A stretch of 64,000 nt of DNA from Eledone cirrhosa (Eukaryota). The DNA lies in assembly GCA_964016885.1 (NCBI GenBank), contig OZ024742.1:288300001-288364000 (forward strand), given 5' to 3'. The position numbers and the translations under genes were made by a program. Every line of letters begins with the position of its first letter. The stretch's first letter is position 1. This document shows positions 30,193 through 43,028 of the stretch, piece after piece. The notes under the pieces are model-generated. The model made no database searches. It was not told where the DNA came from and saw only the letters and a program-made list of their open reading frames with translations.

Positions 30193-30357
30193 ATATACAA
30201 ATGTTATGATTATAATTGAAAATGTGAAAAATGTCAGCTAAATGAAAGTAGTGATATATGCAACAATGAAGTGACTTACAGTAATTTATGGTGATTTAGT
30301 GATGTATGGTAACTTACAGTGTTGTATAGTGACTTAAAATGATGTATGGTGACTTAC

Positions 30358-30455
30358 ATGAAGCTGCTAAGCATTTGTTTGGTATCCTCTGAAGACCTAG
30401 AATTGGCAAAACTAATGAAAGAACAATAGACAGCAGCCCAGGCACACCATTTCAA
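30358..30455 (-). CDS. WDR83OS: PAT complex subunit Asterix, coding exon 3
   Basis: ttgcag/gtaagt boundaries; [32 protein letters not shown](M). Confidence 0.95.
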
Positions 30456-31004
30456 CTGCAAATAGAAGAATATAAAATTTTAGTACCTCATCATCATCAT
30501 ACATCTATTTTTCCATGCTTGAAACAAATCACCAATACTAGAGAGGTTGTCATGCCCTTGATACAAGTGGAGGTTCCTCTTGAGCTGTTTGGCATAATTT
30601 AAAAAACTAGGGAGATATCGGTCATTGACTCAACAGAAGAGCCTTTCTTACTCTATGTGGGCAAATATGACTGATGTGTTTATTAAGGGGTGAGGGAAAG
30701 ATTGATGAACCTGGATAGTGTGGTTGTTAAGAAATGGTGATCATCGGAGTGCAATTGATGTTGTGGTGATGGAAGAGTTGGTTATAGCAGGTGCATTAAG
30801 GTTTTGAGAGTGGAGGTGGGTGATCCTGGATAGTGTGGGTGTTAGGGTTTAGAAGGGGACATTTCAGGATGAGGTGGGGAATGGCTATTAAGAAATGATA
30901 GTTGGAAGTGGGGCATGTAAACGTGTCAGGTTACATTTTATGCTGGTAGATGAGAAGGAGGGAGTCATGTGAATGTGCCAAGTTACATTTTAGGCTGGTA
31001 AGCA

Positions 31005-31365
31005 TGTCTAGACCAGTAGTGTATCACCAATCATTGCAGTCCTCTGTTATCTCTGTTGTGAGGTTCAGCTCGTACAAGTCAGTCTTCATTACCTCATTCC
31101 AAGTCCATGAGATCTCTCTGCACTTCTTAGCTTTACTACACATCACATATCCATATCAATGTAGACTTCTCTCTAGTACATTCCATCCAATTCCGCTTAA
31201 GCCTAGTTTTTCTTTCAGCTCATTTATGCTACAATGTTAATATATACTGATATTACACATCATTGGAGCATACTTCATTTCTTTTTAGCCCTTGCAGGTC
31301 TTCTGTAGTCAATGCCCGTGTTTCACTGCCATGTAGTATTGCAGTTCACAAGAAGGCAGTATACA
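31005..31365 (-). mobile_element. Degenerate RTE 3' fragment
   Basis: Remnants of AILHGSET and RESLH*YGYV motifs on minus strand. Confidence 0.6.
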
Positions 31366-32984
31366 CCAGAGGAACTTGCTCTCTAGTATCTCAACTGACC
31401 AGTGACTTTGATGTTTAAAAAATGGATCATCTCCATCCTGCTTATCTAAAGAGACCTTGACAATCACCATGTGTGTTAACTAAGAAAAAATGCAAGAACA
31501 GCTGAGAGCAATAATTTAAAAGAATGGATAAGGGAGACAATCAAGACTCAAAGAACTCCCAGCCAATAAATGTATTCTCAAATTTGTATAAGGTTCTCAT
31601 ATAGAATTATGATGAATGGTTTTTAGAAAAACCTTTTCATTTTCATATTTTGAATTTCGAAAATAATGAATTTGTAGGGATTTTTCATTGTTTAGCTGAT
31701 GTTTGGAATATAACGATGGTTCTTACATAAAATTATGAGGGAATATTTTTAGACAAATATAAACACTTTAACATATTTCTTATGAAAGACAATGCCTATG
31801 GTTCACAAATCATACTAAGAATAATTAAGAATTTGGAGGGATTTATTAATATAACTAATTTCCTCATTATCGAGCTGGTGTTTTGAACATAACTCAATAA
31901 AGGTTCTTCTACATAATTATAATGGAAGGTTGTTTATTTTTAGATAGTCACTTTAACCCTTTCGGTACTGTATTTCTAATGAAAGACTGATTTTCAAATA
32001 ATCAAGAATTTTGAAGAATTTAGTAATATAACTTAACAAATGTTCTTACATAAAATAATGATGTAAAATTCGTATATAAATATAAACACTTTAAAACAGA
32101 CAGTTTTGTATCATGAAACTAGGGGCAGTTTCAGGCAGTTTGGTAATGAATGACTTGAAGAACCACCAGCCAGCATACTATCAAATTTATAAAAGCTGAT
32201 TTTGCTCACACTTAGCAACAGAAGAATGAGGATGACAATGAAGAACAGAAGCAAACTATCTTTGGAAATGGTTTCTTCAGTTATGATCATAGAAACGGTA
32301 CCAACTGATTGAAAACACCAGCAGTAGAATTTACCACTCTAACATTTAGAACAAAACAAGACATATGGTCAAGAGGACCCTTTGGCCTTGCTGAGGATCT
32401 AACAACCTCTCTAGTGTTAGTCTCTTGATAAAATGCAGCTGTAAATTCTGTAATGTTGTTGGTGATTAAATGACGACAATAAAGCTTAGTGAGGGTTCTT
32501 CAGTTTTGTCAAACATATGACAACCACTTTATGATAAAATACAAGTAGTGCTGGTGTCATGTTAAAATGCACCCAGTACACTCTGTAATGTGGACTTAGT
32601 AGTTCCATGATAAAATGCGCCCACTACACTTTGAAATATGGTTTTACTGGTGCCATGATAAAATGCACCCAGTAGACTCTGAAATATGGTTGTACTAGTG
32701 CCATGATAAAATGTACTCACTACACTCTGTACAATGTTTGGTGTTAGGAAGGGAATCCACCCATAGAAATCATGCCAAACAAAATGCTGAGAGAACTCTT
32801 CAGTTATGGTCTCAGGTTAAACAACAATTCGTAGCTGTATGTTATAGGACTACTGGATCAGGATAGACTTGAGACTGTATAGCAACAACTAACTGTGACA
32901 CAGAACCAGTGGAACAGGATTGGCTTGAAACTATACAACAAAAATAACTACCAACAATCATGAAGTAATAATATATTCACTTAC

Positions 32985-33084
32985 TTTCATCATGAGTCCA
33001 CACATACTAAATATCATCCCTAGTAGATTCATATAATCAGGGGTAGGGTCATCAACAGGACCACCACTAGGGGGAGACTTGTAC
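32985..33084 (-). CDS. WDR83OS: PAT complex subunit Asterix, coding exon 2
   Basis: ttgcag/gtaagt boundaries; (R)[33 protein letters not shown]. Confidence 0.95.
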
Positions 33085-33265
33085 CTGCAAGAAATTTCAA
33101 TAATTATATATATATATACACACACACACACATATATATATACATACACATATATATATATATACATACGCATATATATATGTAAAAGATAAACAGAAAT
33201 AACATAATCGGTACAGTATATGGAAGGAATATATTAGGTTAACGCTTGAAATAGCAAGAAGAGGA

Positions 33266-33301
33266 TCTTAACGTTTCGGACACTAGTCCTTCATCAGAAG
33301 A
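33266..33301 (-). ncRNA. Minimal type I hammerhead ribozyme motif (Penelope-like-element type) in Asterix intron 1, sense orientation
   Basis: Minus: TCTT-CTGATGA-A-GGAC TAGT GTCC-GAAA-C-GTT-AAGA; 4-bp stems I and II, palindromic ACGT in place of stem III. Confidence 0.7.
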
Positions 33302-34249
33302 AAGAATGAGAAATTAGAAAGATTGAAGGGACGGGCGCAGCATAATTGGAAAAAACGTTTTTACAGAAAAATAACAGGTCCATTCATGTTGCCATCTCTT
33401 ATATATACACACATACACATATAGAGAGAGATATACACACATATAAGTATAGATATAACTTTTTCTATTCCTCCCACTAATTTTGTTTTGTGAATTTCTT
33501 CAGAAATAAAGTGGGAAGCAATTCAATTCATCAGCTAGTTTATGAATATGTTCTGAGCTTGTGTGGGTTGGATGGGCCTTTTCTCAGCACAGCAACCCTC
33601 CATTCACCATATCTGCTACATACAAAATTTACCTTTTCTGTTAGTCTGCCTGTTTTCCCATTACATATCTTGTGTATCTAACAGGTGATAGTCCAGTTTA
33701 GTGAATGCTTAAGAAATCATTAAACCAAATTGGACTTCAACACATTCACTTTCCTCAAGCATCACGTTTTTACAATTATTCTTTTCTTTTACTTACCCTT
33801 GTATATAAGCCAAGAAATATGGGGCAAAAAATAAAGATGATAAAACGAGGGTAGACTTATACTCGGTCAATATTTTGCTGATTTTCACCAACTTCAATAT
33901 CTACATAAAAAAATAGTTTTACTACATTTTAGAAGCATTTTTACAGAATATTTTTAGTATTCACAATCTTTATTTATGTTTTCATTTCTTCCATTATGTG
34001 AGTGGCCAGTTCCCTAATTAATTTCGATTTATTAAATATTCCAATCAATTTGTATTTATACAGATGTTCGTTAGTGCTGAAGTTACACATACTTATATAA
34101 TACTAATTATACAGGCACCATGAGATGATGTGTCAAAACTTGATGTTGTTTATTGTTTTAAGATTACTGATAAAGTGAAGGTCACAATGAGCTTTATCAT
34201 TTAAAAAGAAAACTGTAATCATTTCTTATACTGCAGAGGAACATACACA

Positions 34250-34442
34250 ACTCTCTGCTTGTCTGTCTGTCCACCAGCCAGCCTGTTTGTTTACCTGTCT
34301 GCTGGCCTGTCTCTCTGTCTACCATCCTGCATGTCAGTCTACTTGTAGGTCTGCCAGCCTGCCTGTATGTCTAACTGTCTCTTCGCCAGCCTGTCTGTCC
34401 ACCAGCCAGTATGTCTACCTGTCTGTCTGTCTGCCAGCCTAC
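34250..34442. repeat. Degenerate (CTGT/CTGC)n tetranucleotide repeat
   Basis: Direct inspection. Confidence 0.75.
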
Positions 34443-34944
34443 TTTCTCCTTGCTTTTGCAACCTCCTTGATCCGACACCATATCCCAACTACCCACCCAA
34501 CCTCCACTGTCCTCCGGTACGCCACCATCACTGCCTTCCGGTGCAGACCGTAACTAAACTGTGTAGGACCAACGAGGGATCCTTAAATTGCATGAGTGGC
34601 ATTCCTTGACCATCTGGTGCAGATGAGAGTCTAGGAGAGCAGTTACTCCTAAATAAAATAAAACTGTATGGGGCAGATGTGGACCTCATAAGCCATAGTG
34701 GAAGCACCCCATCTAGGAGGGCAGTGACCCTAATTAATGACTGTATAAGGCAGATGTGGACTCATGTCTAGGAGAGCAGACACTCTGAATTAAAACTGAT
34801 TCAGGGTTGAAAGACAACCTCCCTAGTACTGGTGACACTAGTAAATGCACCAAGTTCACACTGTAAAGAGGTTGGTGATAGGAAGTGCATCCCGCAACAA
34901 AAACCCTGCCAAAATATTGAAAAGCACAATACATATGACTCACA

Positions 34945-35330
34945 CTAATATATAGGACGCCTGCAAGTGCAAAAGAAGAATGGGAGACACTGGATGGGAA
35001 AATAGTCCAATAATGCACCTGAGCACTGTACACAATAATTTTCATTATTAAATTGAATGTGCTAATAGGAAAGAGCACACTGGAATCCAAGCTAACAGCC
35101 ACATTCGGAGATATTGTTTATGCAATCTGCAAAGATGCCTATGAAGTAAGACAACCAAAAGTAAAAACACCACCTTGGAAATCCAAATGTCAGCGTGAGA
35201 TGAATAACATCTGGAGGAAAAAAAGGTATCTCAAGAAACAGATTACAGTTGCCTCAGTATTTGAGAAATATCAATATGAAAGTAGAGGCAACAGAAAGGA
35301 GTTCCAGCTAGATCCTGTCAACAAAATCTC
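34945..35330 (+). mobile_element. Degenerate fragment of a HERO/R2-group non-LTR retrotransposon ORF
   Basis: PASAKEEWETLD...LESKL..FGDIVYAICKDAYEV..PPWKSKCQREM..RKKRYLKKQ resembles the pre-RT region of HERO-type elements (recalled similarity only). Confidence 0.45.
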
Positions 35331-35624
35331 CATACGGTTTAAATATACAAGTCTGGGATATCCAAATAGCTAAATGTCAGCAGAATAGTACCCAGGAGTC
35401 ATGGCCTGGATGCAACTGACCCCCTTAGAGTGCAAGAATTTAAGGACCGAAACACTTGCTTGAGAAGGAGGTTTCTTCTCTGAAGACCTTCTGCTGCCCA
35501 GTTCACCTGAGAGTTTCTTACCACCATCATGTTAGTGCTGTGCATGGTAGTAGGGTGGCTAAAGCAGCCATGTGCGAGAACCCCTTGACCAGCATCAAGC
35601 AATCGCTCACCATTTTTCCTTTCC

Positions 35625-36765
35625 AGGTAGTCCTTAAGGAGATTAAAGGTAGAAAAAGTGGCTTGTGAGAGCAGTGAAAACCATGTACAGAGAAGCTGTC
35701 AGTAAAGTGAGAATAGGAAATGAGTTTAGTGAGGAATTCAAGGTACAGGTAGGAGTGCATCAGGATTCAGTTCTTAGCCCACTTGTTTATCATAGTCCTC
35801 TAGGCCATAATAAAGGAGTTTAAGACTTGTTGTCCATAGGAACTTCTATATACTGATGATCTGGTCCTCATAGCTGAAACTATGGAAGAACTAGAGATTA
35901 AGATCTGACAGTGGAAACAGAACATGGAATCAAAATGGCTGAGAGTAAACTTAGCCAAAACTAAAGTGCAAGTAAGTAGGAAATAATATAGGACCCTGAT
36001 TCCTTCAGGGAAGTGGCCATGCTCAATATGTAGAAAAGGAGCAGGCATAAACTCTATACAATGTACACAATCTAAATCTTGAGTACACAGGAGATGTATT
36101 GGGATAAGAAGTAGACTAACAGGAAAAGAAAACTTTATATGTAGATGTTCAGGGTTAATTGATAGTAACAGTGACGATGATATTAATATTTTCTAGGAAG
36201 GATCCATAGAAGTGGTTGATAGCTTCTGCTATCTACCTGATTTAATTAGCAGTGGAGATGGGTGCTCTGGGAGCATAATAGCAAGAATAAGGCTAGGATG
36301 AAAGAAGTTTAGAGAACTACTACCTCTGTTGACAACAAAAGGTTTCTCCCTCCAAATGAAAGGTTTGTTGTATGTTGCCTGTGTTTGAAGTGCTATGCAG
36401 CATGGTTCTGAAACATGGGCAGTGACTGGAGGATATGCGTAGGCTGGAGAGAAATGAAGCAAGCATGCTTTGATGGATATGCAATGTTAATATATGAGAA
36501 CGACAGAGCTTGGATGAACTGAGAGAAAAACTAGGTATAAGAAGAATCAGAAGTAGTGTGCAAGAGAGAAGACTGTGTGGTGTGGACATATGAGATCGGT
36601 GGGTGAAGAAATATCAAGACATTCCAGTAGAAGGAAGCTGCAGAGGTGAGAGCTGATCTCCAATCGCTGAAACGCACTATGAAGATGACGAAAGATCGCA
36701 ACGTGAAAAGGACCTGTTCAACACAAGCGTGGAAAAATGGATGTGAAAACAACGATGATGATGAT
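35625..36765 (+). mobile_element. Degenerate RTE LINE 3' half
   Basis: Remnants [41 protein letters not shown], (GAT)n tail; many stops. Confidence 0.85.
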
Positions 36766-37354
36766 ATACACACACAGTATGTGGAGCAAATAGACAAAAC
36801 AAGAAATAAATATACAGAGTCTTTTGACAAAATGAGACAATACGATGTCAAGAAAAACAAAGTACCTCCCACAAATCTCTAAAACAACCAGATGGACACT
36901 GCAAAGGAAAGCAATGTGAATAAAACAAATAGATTCTTTGGAATGTAAATAAAATATGTACATGTGTGAACCAAAATATTTTACTGTATTAATGTACAAA
37001 TGAATTGTCTCCCCCTACTCACTAATCTCCATATCGAATTTCGTGTTCTCATCATTAAGATACACAGCAGACAATAAAGTATTGGGATTGATACAATGTC
37101 GTGTCACAGCATGGCCACAGTCCATGGCTAAACAACAGAGCTACATGCCCAAGCTCAGTTTTATGTTGTTGTTACAGCTCACATCTATGCAGAAGTTACT
37201 TCACAACTGCAATGGATTTTGGGTGAATGTCTTTTATCATAGCCCTGTGAATTGAATTTAGAAAATAGCAACTGTGTAGAAGCCCACGAAAGGGACTGTT
37301 TACTTCTTAGATGATTTAGTTAATCTAGCTCCCAGTTTAACATAACCACCTGAA

Positions 37355-37600
37355 CCATAGGTGTCTTTAGCAGAGTCCAATTTGTTGTAAACATTCAGGG
37401 TTTTTTTTAGTAGAGCCCATTCTGTTGCTAACACACAGGAGTATTTTTAGCAGAACCCATTCCATTGTTAGTATCCAAAGGTGTCTTCAGTGGAGTCACT
37501 TCTGTTGATAGTATCCAAGGGAGTTTTTAGCAGTGATCATTCTGTTACTAGTATCCAGGAGTGCCTTTAGTGGAGTCCATTCAGCTGAAAGTTTTCAGAA
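37355..37600. repeat. ~39-bp minisatellite, about 6 degenerate units
   Basis: GTGTCTTTAGCAGAGTCCATTCTGTTG..AGTATCCAGG-like units. Confidence 0.75.
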
Positions 37601-38117
37601 CAGTTCTCTGTTATGAGAATAACTTCCAAACTTCTATGTTTCTTTCCTTTCTCAGAGGAGCTGACAAATTTTCATGGGCACTACTCTTTCTCCCCTGATT
37701 GATCAACTCCCCCACCCATGTAATTTTGTTTTCATAGGTTAATCTGAAAGATGACCAGATTAAAATATAATTAATTAATCAGATTAAAATATAAATATTT
37801 GTTAGAGTAGGATTAGCTTAGGATTGAAACAGATCCAGAAGATAGTGGCAAGTATATTCCCCCTCCTTCCCCATCACTGTTTTGAATATAACTGTTCATC
37901 TATTGTGATGTGAAATTGCTGAAACGTGTTGTTATTAACCCTCATCACAGTGAAGTTGGGTGGCCTAATGATTAGTGCGTTTGGTTTACGATCACAAGGT
38001 TGTAGTTTCGATTCTTGGATCAGTCAGCTGATAAAAACAAAAATAAGTACCACCAGCAGCTGATGCCACTAACTGGTGCGTAATCTCAGAGGAATTAATT
38101 CTTTTGATGGTAGGACA

Positions 38118-38520
38118 AGGAGCCCTATAATTAAAACATCCCGGAAACCTCATGAGTTGTGACCTGGTAGGAGAGCAACTAAACCTACCTAGAAATGTGT
38201 GTAACAGGACTGAGGCATCCTATAATTTACACAGCTGAGAAAAATTCACCAATACAAGCTCATTAGGAAGCCAGTTAAACCTGCATAGGTGTGAGCTGTA
38301 ATAACATATATATGGGGGGGGGGGGTATGTATATGTATGGTAGAACTGGTGGCCCTATAATTAATACACATGAAAAATATCTTTATGATGCAACGTCATA
38401 GGAAGCCAACTAAACCTACATAGGTATGAACTGTAACAGAACTGGGACCCCAATCATTATAACACCTGAGAAACCTCGTATGATACAACTTTGTCGGAGA
38501 CCAACTAAACCTACGTGAGT
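38118..38520. repeat. Degenerate tandem repeat (~90-100-bp units); related sequence at ~13010-13120
   Basis: Recurrent CCCTATAATTA...AACTAAACCT(A/G)CATAGGTGTGA.CTGTAAC. Confidence 0.6.
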
Positions 38521-38666
38521 GCCAGGCAAAAAAGATGGATAAAATATAGTACCAGGCACAAAAAATATAAGTACTGAGCTCGATGATTGACTAAACACTT
38601 TTAAGGCGGTACCCTAGTATGGTCAGTCTAATGAATGAAAGCAGTTAAAAGATATCCATCCATCCA

Positions 38667-38749
<83 letters not shown>

Positions 38750-38974
38750 ACCAAAAGTTTATATGGTTCGTTGATTATTCAACGAATTCAAATTTTAATC
38801 TGGAGTATCTATAATATTATTCAAAATATTAATAAATGAGAAATATTATCATAACCAAAGTATATATTTTATTATACATATGTCAAAGGTGCAATGGTGT
38901 TTCAGTACGTTTTCATCAGATAAAATATATAAGAGATTGGATATGCGATATACCACTAAGGTCTTGAATCTTCA

Positions 38975-39005
<31 letters not shown>

Positions 39006-39142
39006 TGTCGAAGAAAGAATCCTAACCTTAATGTGTAATATACACAATGAATTCAGTGAATTTCACTAAATAGTTCCGTTTTTTTTTATTTCTTGATCTA
39101 GTGTCAAGGTTTGTCACAGTTCTAAATATATTTGAAACTTAC

Positions 39143-39210
39143 CGAGTGACTTTGTTGGGTCTTCTTGGATCATGGGCATTGTTGACTGATGGAGCGGTGG
39201 TGGCAGACAT
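39143..39210 (-). CDS. WDR83OS: PAT complex subunit Asterix, coding exon 1
   Basis: ATG at 39210; MSATTAPSVNNAHDPRRPNKVT(R), gtaagt donor; four exons join in frame to 110 aa. Confidence 0.93.
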
Positions 39211-39565
39211 GTCAGTAATCCTGTAATATAATATAACGGGTTAAAAAAAAAATAAAAAGATATATTTATAGAGATCTAGAAATAAAACGAGAAACCTACA
39301 TTAAACCACAGAAGAAATATGTAACGTGCGATAACCGGAACCGGAAATCACTGTAACAGCAACACTATCTGGTAGAATTTTCGCATACATTACTATTATT
39401 GAAAATAACAATAAATAAGACACCAAGAAAATAATTAAGATGAAAAAAAAAAGATGTATGTTAGTTTATAATTTGTTAAATTAAATAGTGTGGAGTTTTA
39501 GCGAGAATATATGGTACTAAAATGTGAAAGCTGGTCGTGAAAGAATATCTACAGTGTGATTCAGC
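39211..39565. promoter_or_regulatory. Probable bidirectional promoter/5' UTR region
   Basis: 355 bp between divergent ATGs; tandem ETS-like CCGGAA-CCGGAA at 39335-39346; locally CpG-richer. Confidence 0.55.
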
Positions 39566-39613
39566 ATGGCCACCTCGGATGTTGCTAAAACGAAACAAGA
39601 AAGCGGTAGTGAT
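39566..39613 (+). CDS. Probable first coding exon of a divergent gene (TTC39B-like)
   Basis: agcATGG Kozak context; MATSDVAKTKQESGSD then gtaaga donor, phase 0. Confidence 0.5.
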
Positions 39614-40209
39614 GTAAGATCTTTTTACTAAACAACTTACACGACATTACATCTAGTATTTCTAACAGTCTATAACATTTCGTGAAATAATCAATCAATT
39701 TATCAATCACTCTTCCCCATTCCCCTCGTTTCCAGGCTGTTTATACTTAGCCATTAACACCCACACGTGTATCGATTTATTGACTTCAAATGATCAATCA
39801 CATCAGTGCATTCATCATTGCTATATTATCATTTGTACCTTCCAGCTGTTTCGAGAAGAAAACATGTAACTTTAAGAGTTTGTAGCTGTTAGACAACTCT
39901 ATTTGATCAATCTATTCTCTCTGATTCTATGTGCCTTACAAACTGCCGTTAAACCAGCTTTTCAATTTAGCAGACGATAAATCTATAATAATAGCTGTAA
40001 AGTATTATTGTCCATCTGTCACACGCGATCTGTCAAAAACGTTCTAAATTTTTTAATTTAAAATTCATAGAAAACAAATGTAAAACGAAAAGGGTGGGTG
40101 GGATCTAAATGTTTTCATTCATATCAGAAATGGTTGTCAACAGTGTTGTAGTGTTATCTCTATAGCCACCCGCCTCTCTCTCTCTATCCACGTATTTGTC
40201 TCAATAGTT

Positions 40210-40279
<70 letters not shown>

Positions 40280-40517
40280 AAAGCGATTAACTTTAAGAAG
40301 CATTGGAAAAATTTGAAATTTCAAATGTCTGCATCCCAACACAAATGACAATAATAATTGTTTCTACTTTATCATTAATAGTTGAGAAATCGGTAAATTA
40401 GATGATTTCCTCAACTATCATTTATACTTCTAATTTATTATCATTTGCGTTAGAACACACATTTCAAATTTCATATATATGTGTGTATACATACACACTC
40501 ACACACACATATGTGCG

Positions 40518-40574
<57 letters not shown>

Positions 40575-40691
40575 TTGTGTATGTATATGTATATATAGAA
40601 ATATCCGTAGGTGTGAAAAAGAAAAACAGTGCTCAATAGGGAAGGGAGCTGATATATTATATCATTTATGTTCCGAGCACGAACATAATTA

Positions 40692-40796
40692 AATGTTTCT
40701 ACTATTGGCACAAGGCCAGCAATTATCTCAGTGCATTACTGGTACTTCATTTTATCGACCCCGTAAGTTAACCTCGGTGGGATTTGAACTCAGACC
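40692..40796 (-). mobile_element. Truncated Meta-type SINE
   Basis: Matches 597-715 with internal deletion. Confidence 0.75.
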
Positions 40797-41054
40797 ATAT
40801 ATATATATAAAGAAATGACGACACCAAAGGACGGAACATTATATATATATATATATATAATGTTCCGTCCTTTGGTTTATGTCGTATATATATATATATA
40901 TATATATATTTCGTTTCTGAATTTGTTTAGCAAGATTCTTTATCTGAAATCGTGTGTTGAAACCGATATTGTTATACTTTGGGAGGGTCATGTTGTGTTT
41001 CTTATTGGCAACATGACCCTCCCAAAGTATAACAATATATATATATATATATAT

Positions 41055-41165
41055 ATAGGAAAAAGTATGACCCCGACGGCAGAGCTCAAGCCGTTTCGAC
41101 GGCTATTTCAGAAATAGCCGTCGAAACGGCTTGAGCTCTGCCGTCGGGGTCATACTTTTTCCTAT
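41055..41165. repeat. 111-bp perfect palindrome (55-bp arms, 1-nt centre)
   Basis: ATAGGAAAAAGTATGACCCCGACGG...TATTTC A GAAATA...CCGTCGGGGTCATACTTTTTCCTAT. Confidence 0.9.
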
Positions 41166-41339
41166 TTCCCACTCTACTACCCTAAGTATTGAGTACGCTG
41201 GTGCGTTATGGTCCATCTGGTTCCTTACCACAATTCCTTTGTTATATATATATATATACATACATGATGTCTTCCAAAAGTAACGGTCGCATTTTGAAAG
41301 GGTACGTCAATGTTTATTTATAAAACTGGTATATATTGT

Positions 41340-41403
41340 ATTTTGTCTGATGAAGGCATACCATAATTTAACTTGGTATCCTTGAAATATGTATAATGAA
41401 ATA
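41340..41403 (+). ncRNA. Hammerhead ribozyme-like motif, same family as the 21008-21406 arms
   Basis: ATTTTGT-CTGATGA-AGGCATACCA..TGGTATCCTT-GAAA-TATGT-ATA-ATGAAAT; stem II sequence differs from the 21300 copy but pairing is retained. Confidence 0.6.
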
Positions 41404-41442
41404 AATATGGTTTTATAAATATAGTTTCCATTTGTTAATATC

Positions 41443-41495
<53 letters not shown>

Positions 41496-41855
41496 CCGTC
41501 CTTTGGTTTATGCCGTACCACTACGTAGTCATTTCTTTTTAACGTAGTACCCAACCGTATGGCTAGATCTAGTTGAAGTTTACTGATACGTTTAGCTTGT
41601 TTTTGATTTCTAAGCACGGACCTTTCACTTTAATTCACTTTGCAGTAGATAAATATGTTGACAATATAGAAAGCTTGAAATTACAAACATACATGCCACA
41701 GCTGTCAAAATTCAACACATATTGTACATAGATATATCTACCTCTATGACTTAATTACATACGTTTTTCTATACAAGATTATATAACTTTGCTTATAATA
41801 TTTAAAAGGCTTCAAATTATTATAATTATATATTTTTATGCTAGATCTTCCAATA

Positions 41856-42092
41856 TACTTTCGGGTTCCAAATAATAGGTTGGGTGCGGTGGAATAAGCA
41901 GGGGAATTGTAAAAAGTGGGGCGGGAGTTGGAAAATCGGTAATTTTTCTAGGTTGTCTCCGTTGATTTTTTTTAAAAACCAAAATTTCGATGGAGATAGA
42001 TTAGCAAAATTTTATAAGCGGGACGGGGGTGGAAAAAAAAATCTGTAAAATTAATAAGCGGGGTGGGGACGATTATTCGAAACCTGAGAGTA
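41856..42092. mobile_element. MITE-like non-autonomous DNA transposon
   Basis: Imperfect TIRs TACTTTCGGGTTCCAAATAAT / ATTATTCGAAACCTGAGAGTA with TA ends. Confidence 0.6.
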
Positions 42093-42851
42093 CGCTGTTG
42101 ACATCAAACCACCTGAAACCGCCCCTGGTTCTATGACACAAAACTGTTTGCTTTAATGCATTTGTATTTATCTATAAACCTTCCTTCGTAATTTTATGTC
42201 AGAACCTTTAAATTATGATCCAAACACCAACTTAATAATAAGAAAGTTAGTTATTTTATTAAATTCCTCACAATTCTTGGTTATTTTCTAAATGATAAGC
42301 AGTGACTCTCATTAGAGATATTGTAGTGAAAGAGTTAAGATTATATAACTATGTTTACACACACGTTTCTGTGGAATCGATATTTTCAAAGGAGAGAGAG
42401 ATAGTGGCGGTGGAAGCGATGAATGAAAAGATCGATAGCCCAAAATAAAAAAAAAACGAATAGTTTAAAGGGTTACGAGATAGTGGTCAATAAACATTAA
42501 AAAAAACATTGGGTAAGACAGGCACAAATATATTGATTTCAAAATTAGGCACAAAGCCAGCAAATTTGAGGTAAAGTAGCTTAAATTTTATCGGCCCCGG
42601 AATGATGAATGGTAAAATTGGTCTCCACAATTCAACGCATATACCTTCCTTATATGTACTAAACATATTACATATTGCTGTATCACCTTTACTGTTGGTA
42701 CTGCCGCCGCATCCACCACCACCAACACTACTACCACTACCGACACTACCACCATTACTACTACCACTGCCACACCACCACCAACACTACTACTACTACC
42801 ACCACCACCACTACTACTACTTCTACATATTGTCACCAACTGCAGTAGTAC

Positions 42852-43028
42852 AACATGCTTTGCAGCATATAGTTACGGCTCTTTAAATCCTGCCGAGGTT
42901 AGATTTGCCTTTCATCCTTATGGGATCTATAAAATAAAGTATCAGTAACGCACTGGGGTTGATTTAATCGAATTGCCTCTTCCCCAAAATTGTTGGCCTT
43001 GTGCTTAAATCAGAAACCACTATTATTG
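42852..43028 (+). mobile_element. Meta-type SINE (5'-eroded)
   Basis: TTTGCCTTTCATCCTTATGGGATCTATAAAATAAAGTATCAG core, (ATT)n tail. Confidence 0.75.

Noticed and set aside
32958-33173. 71-aa ORF as a complete protein
   Set aside because: Only 32985-33084 is exonic (Asterix exon 2); the rest is intron and microsatellite read-through
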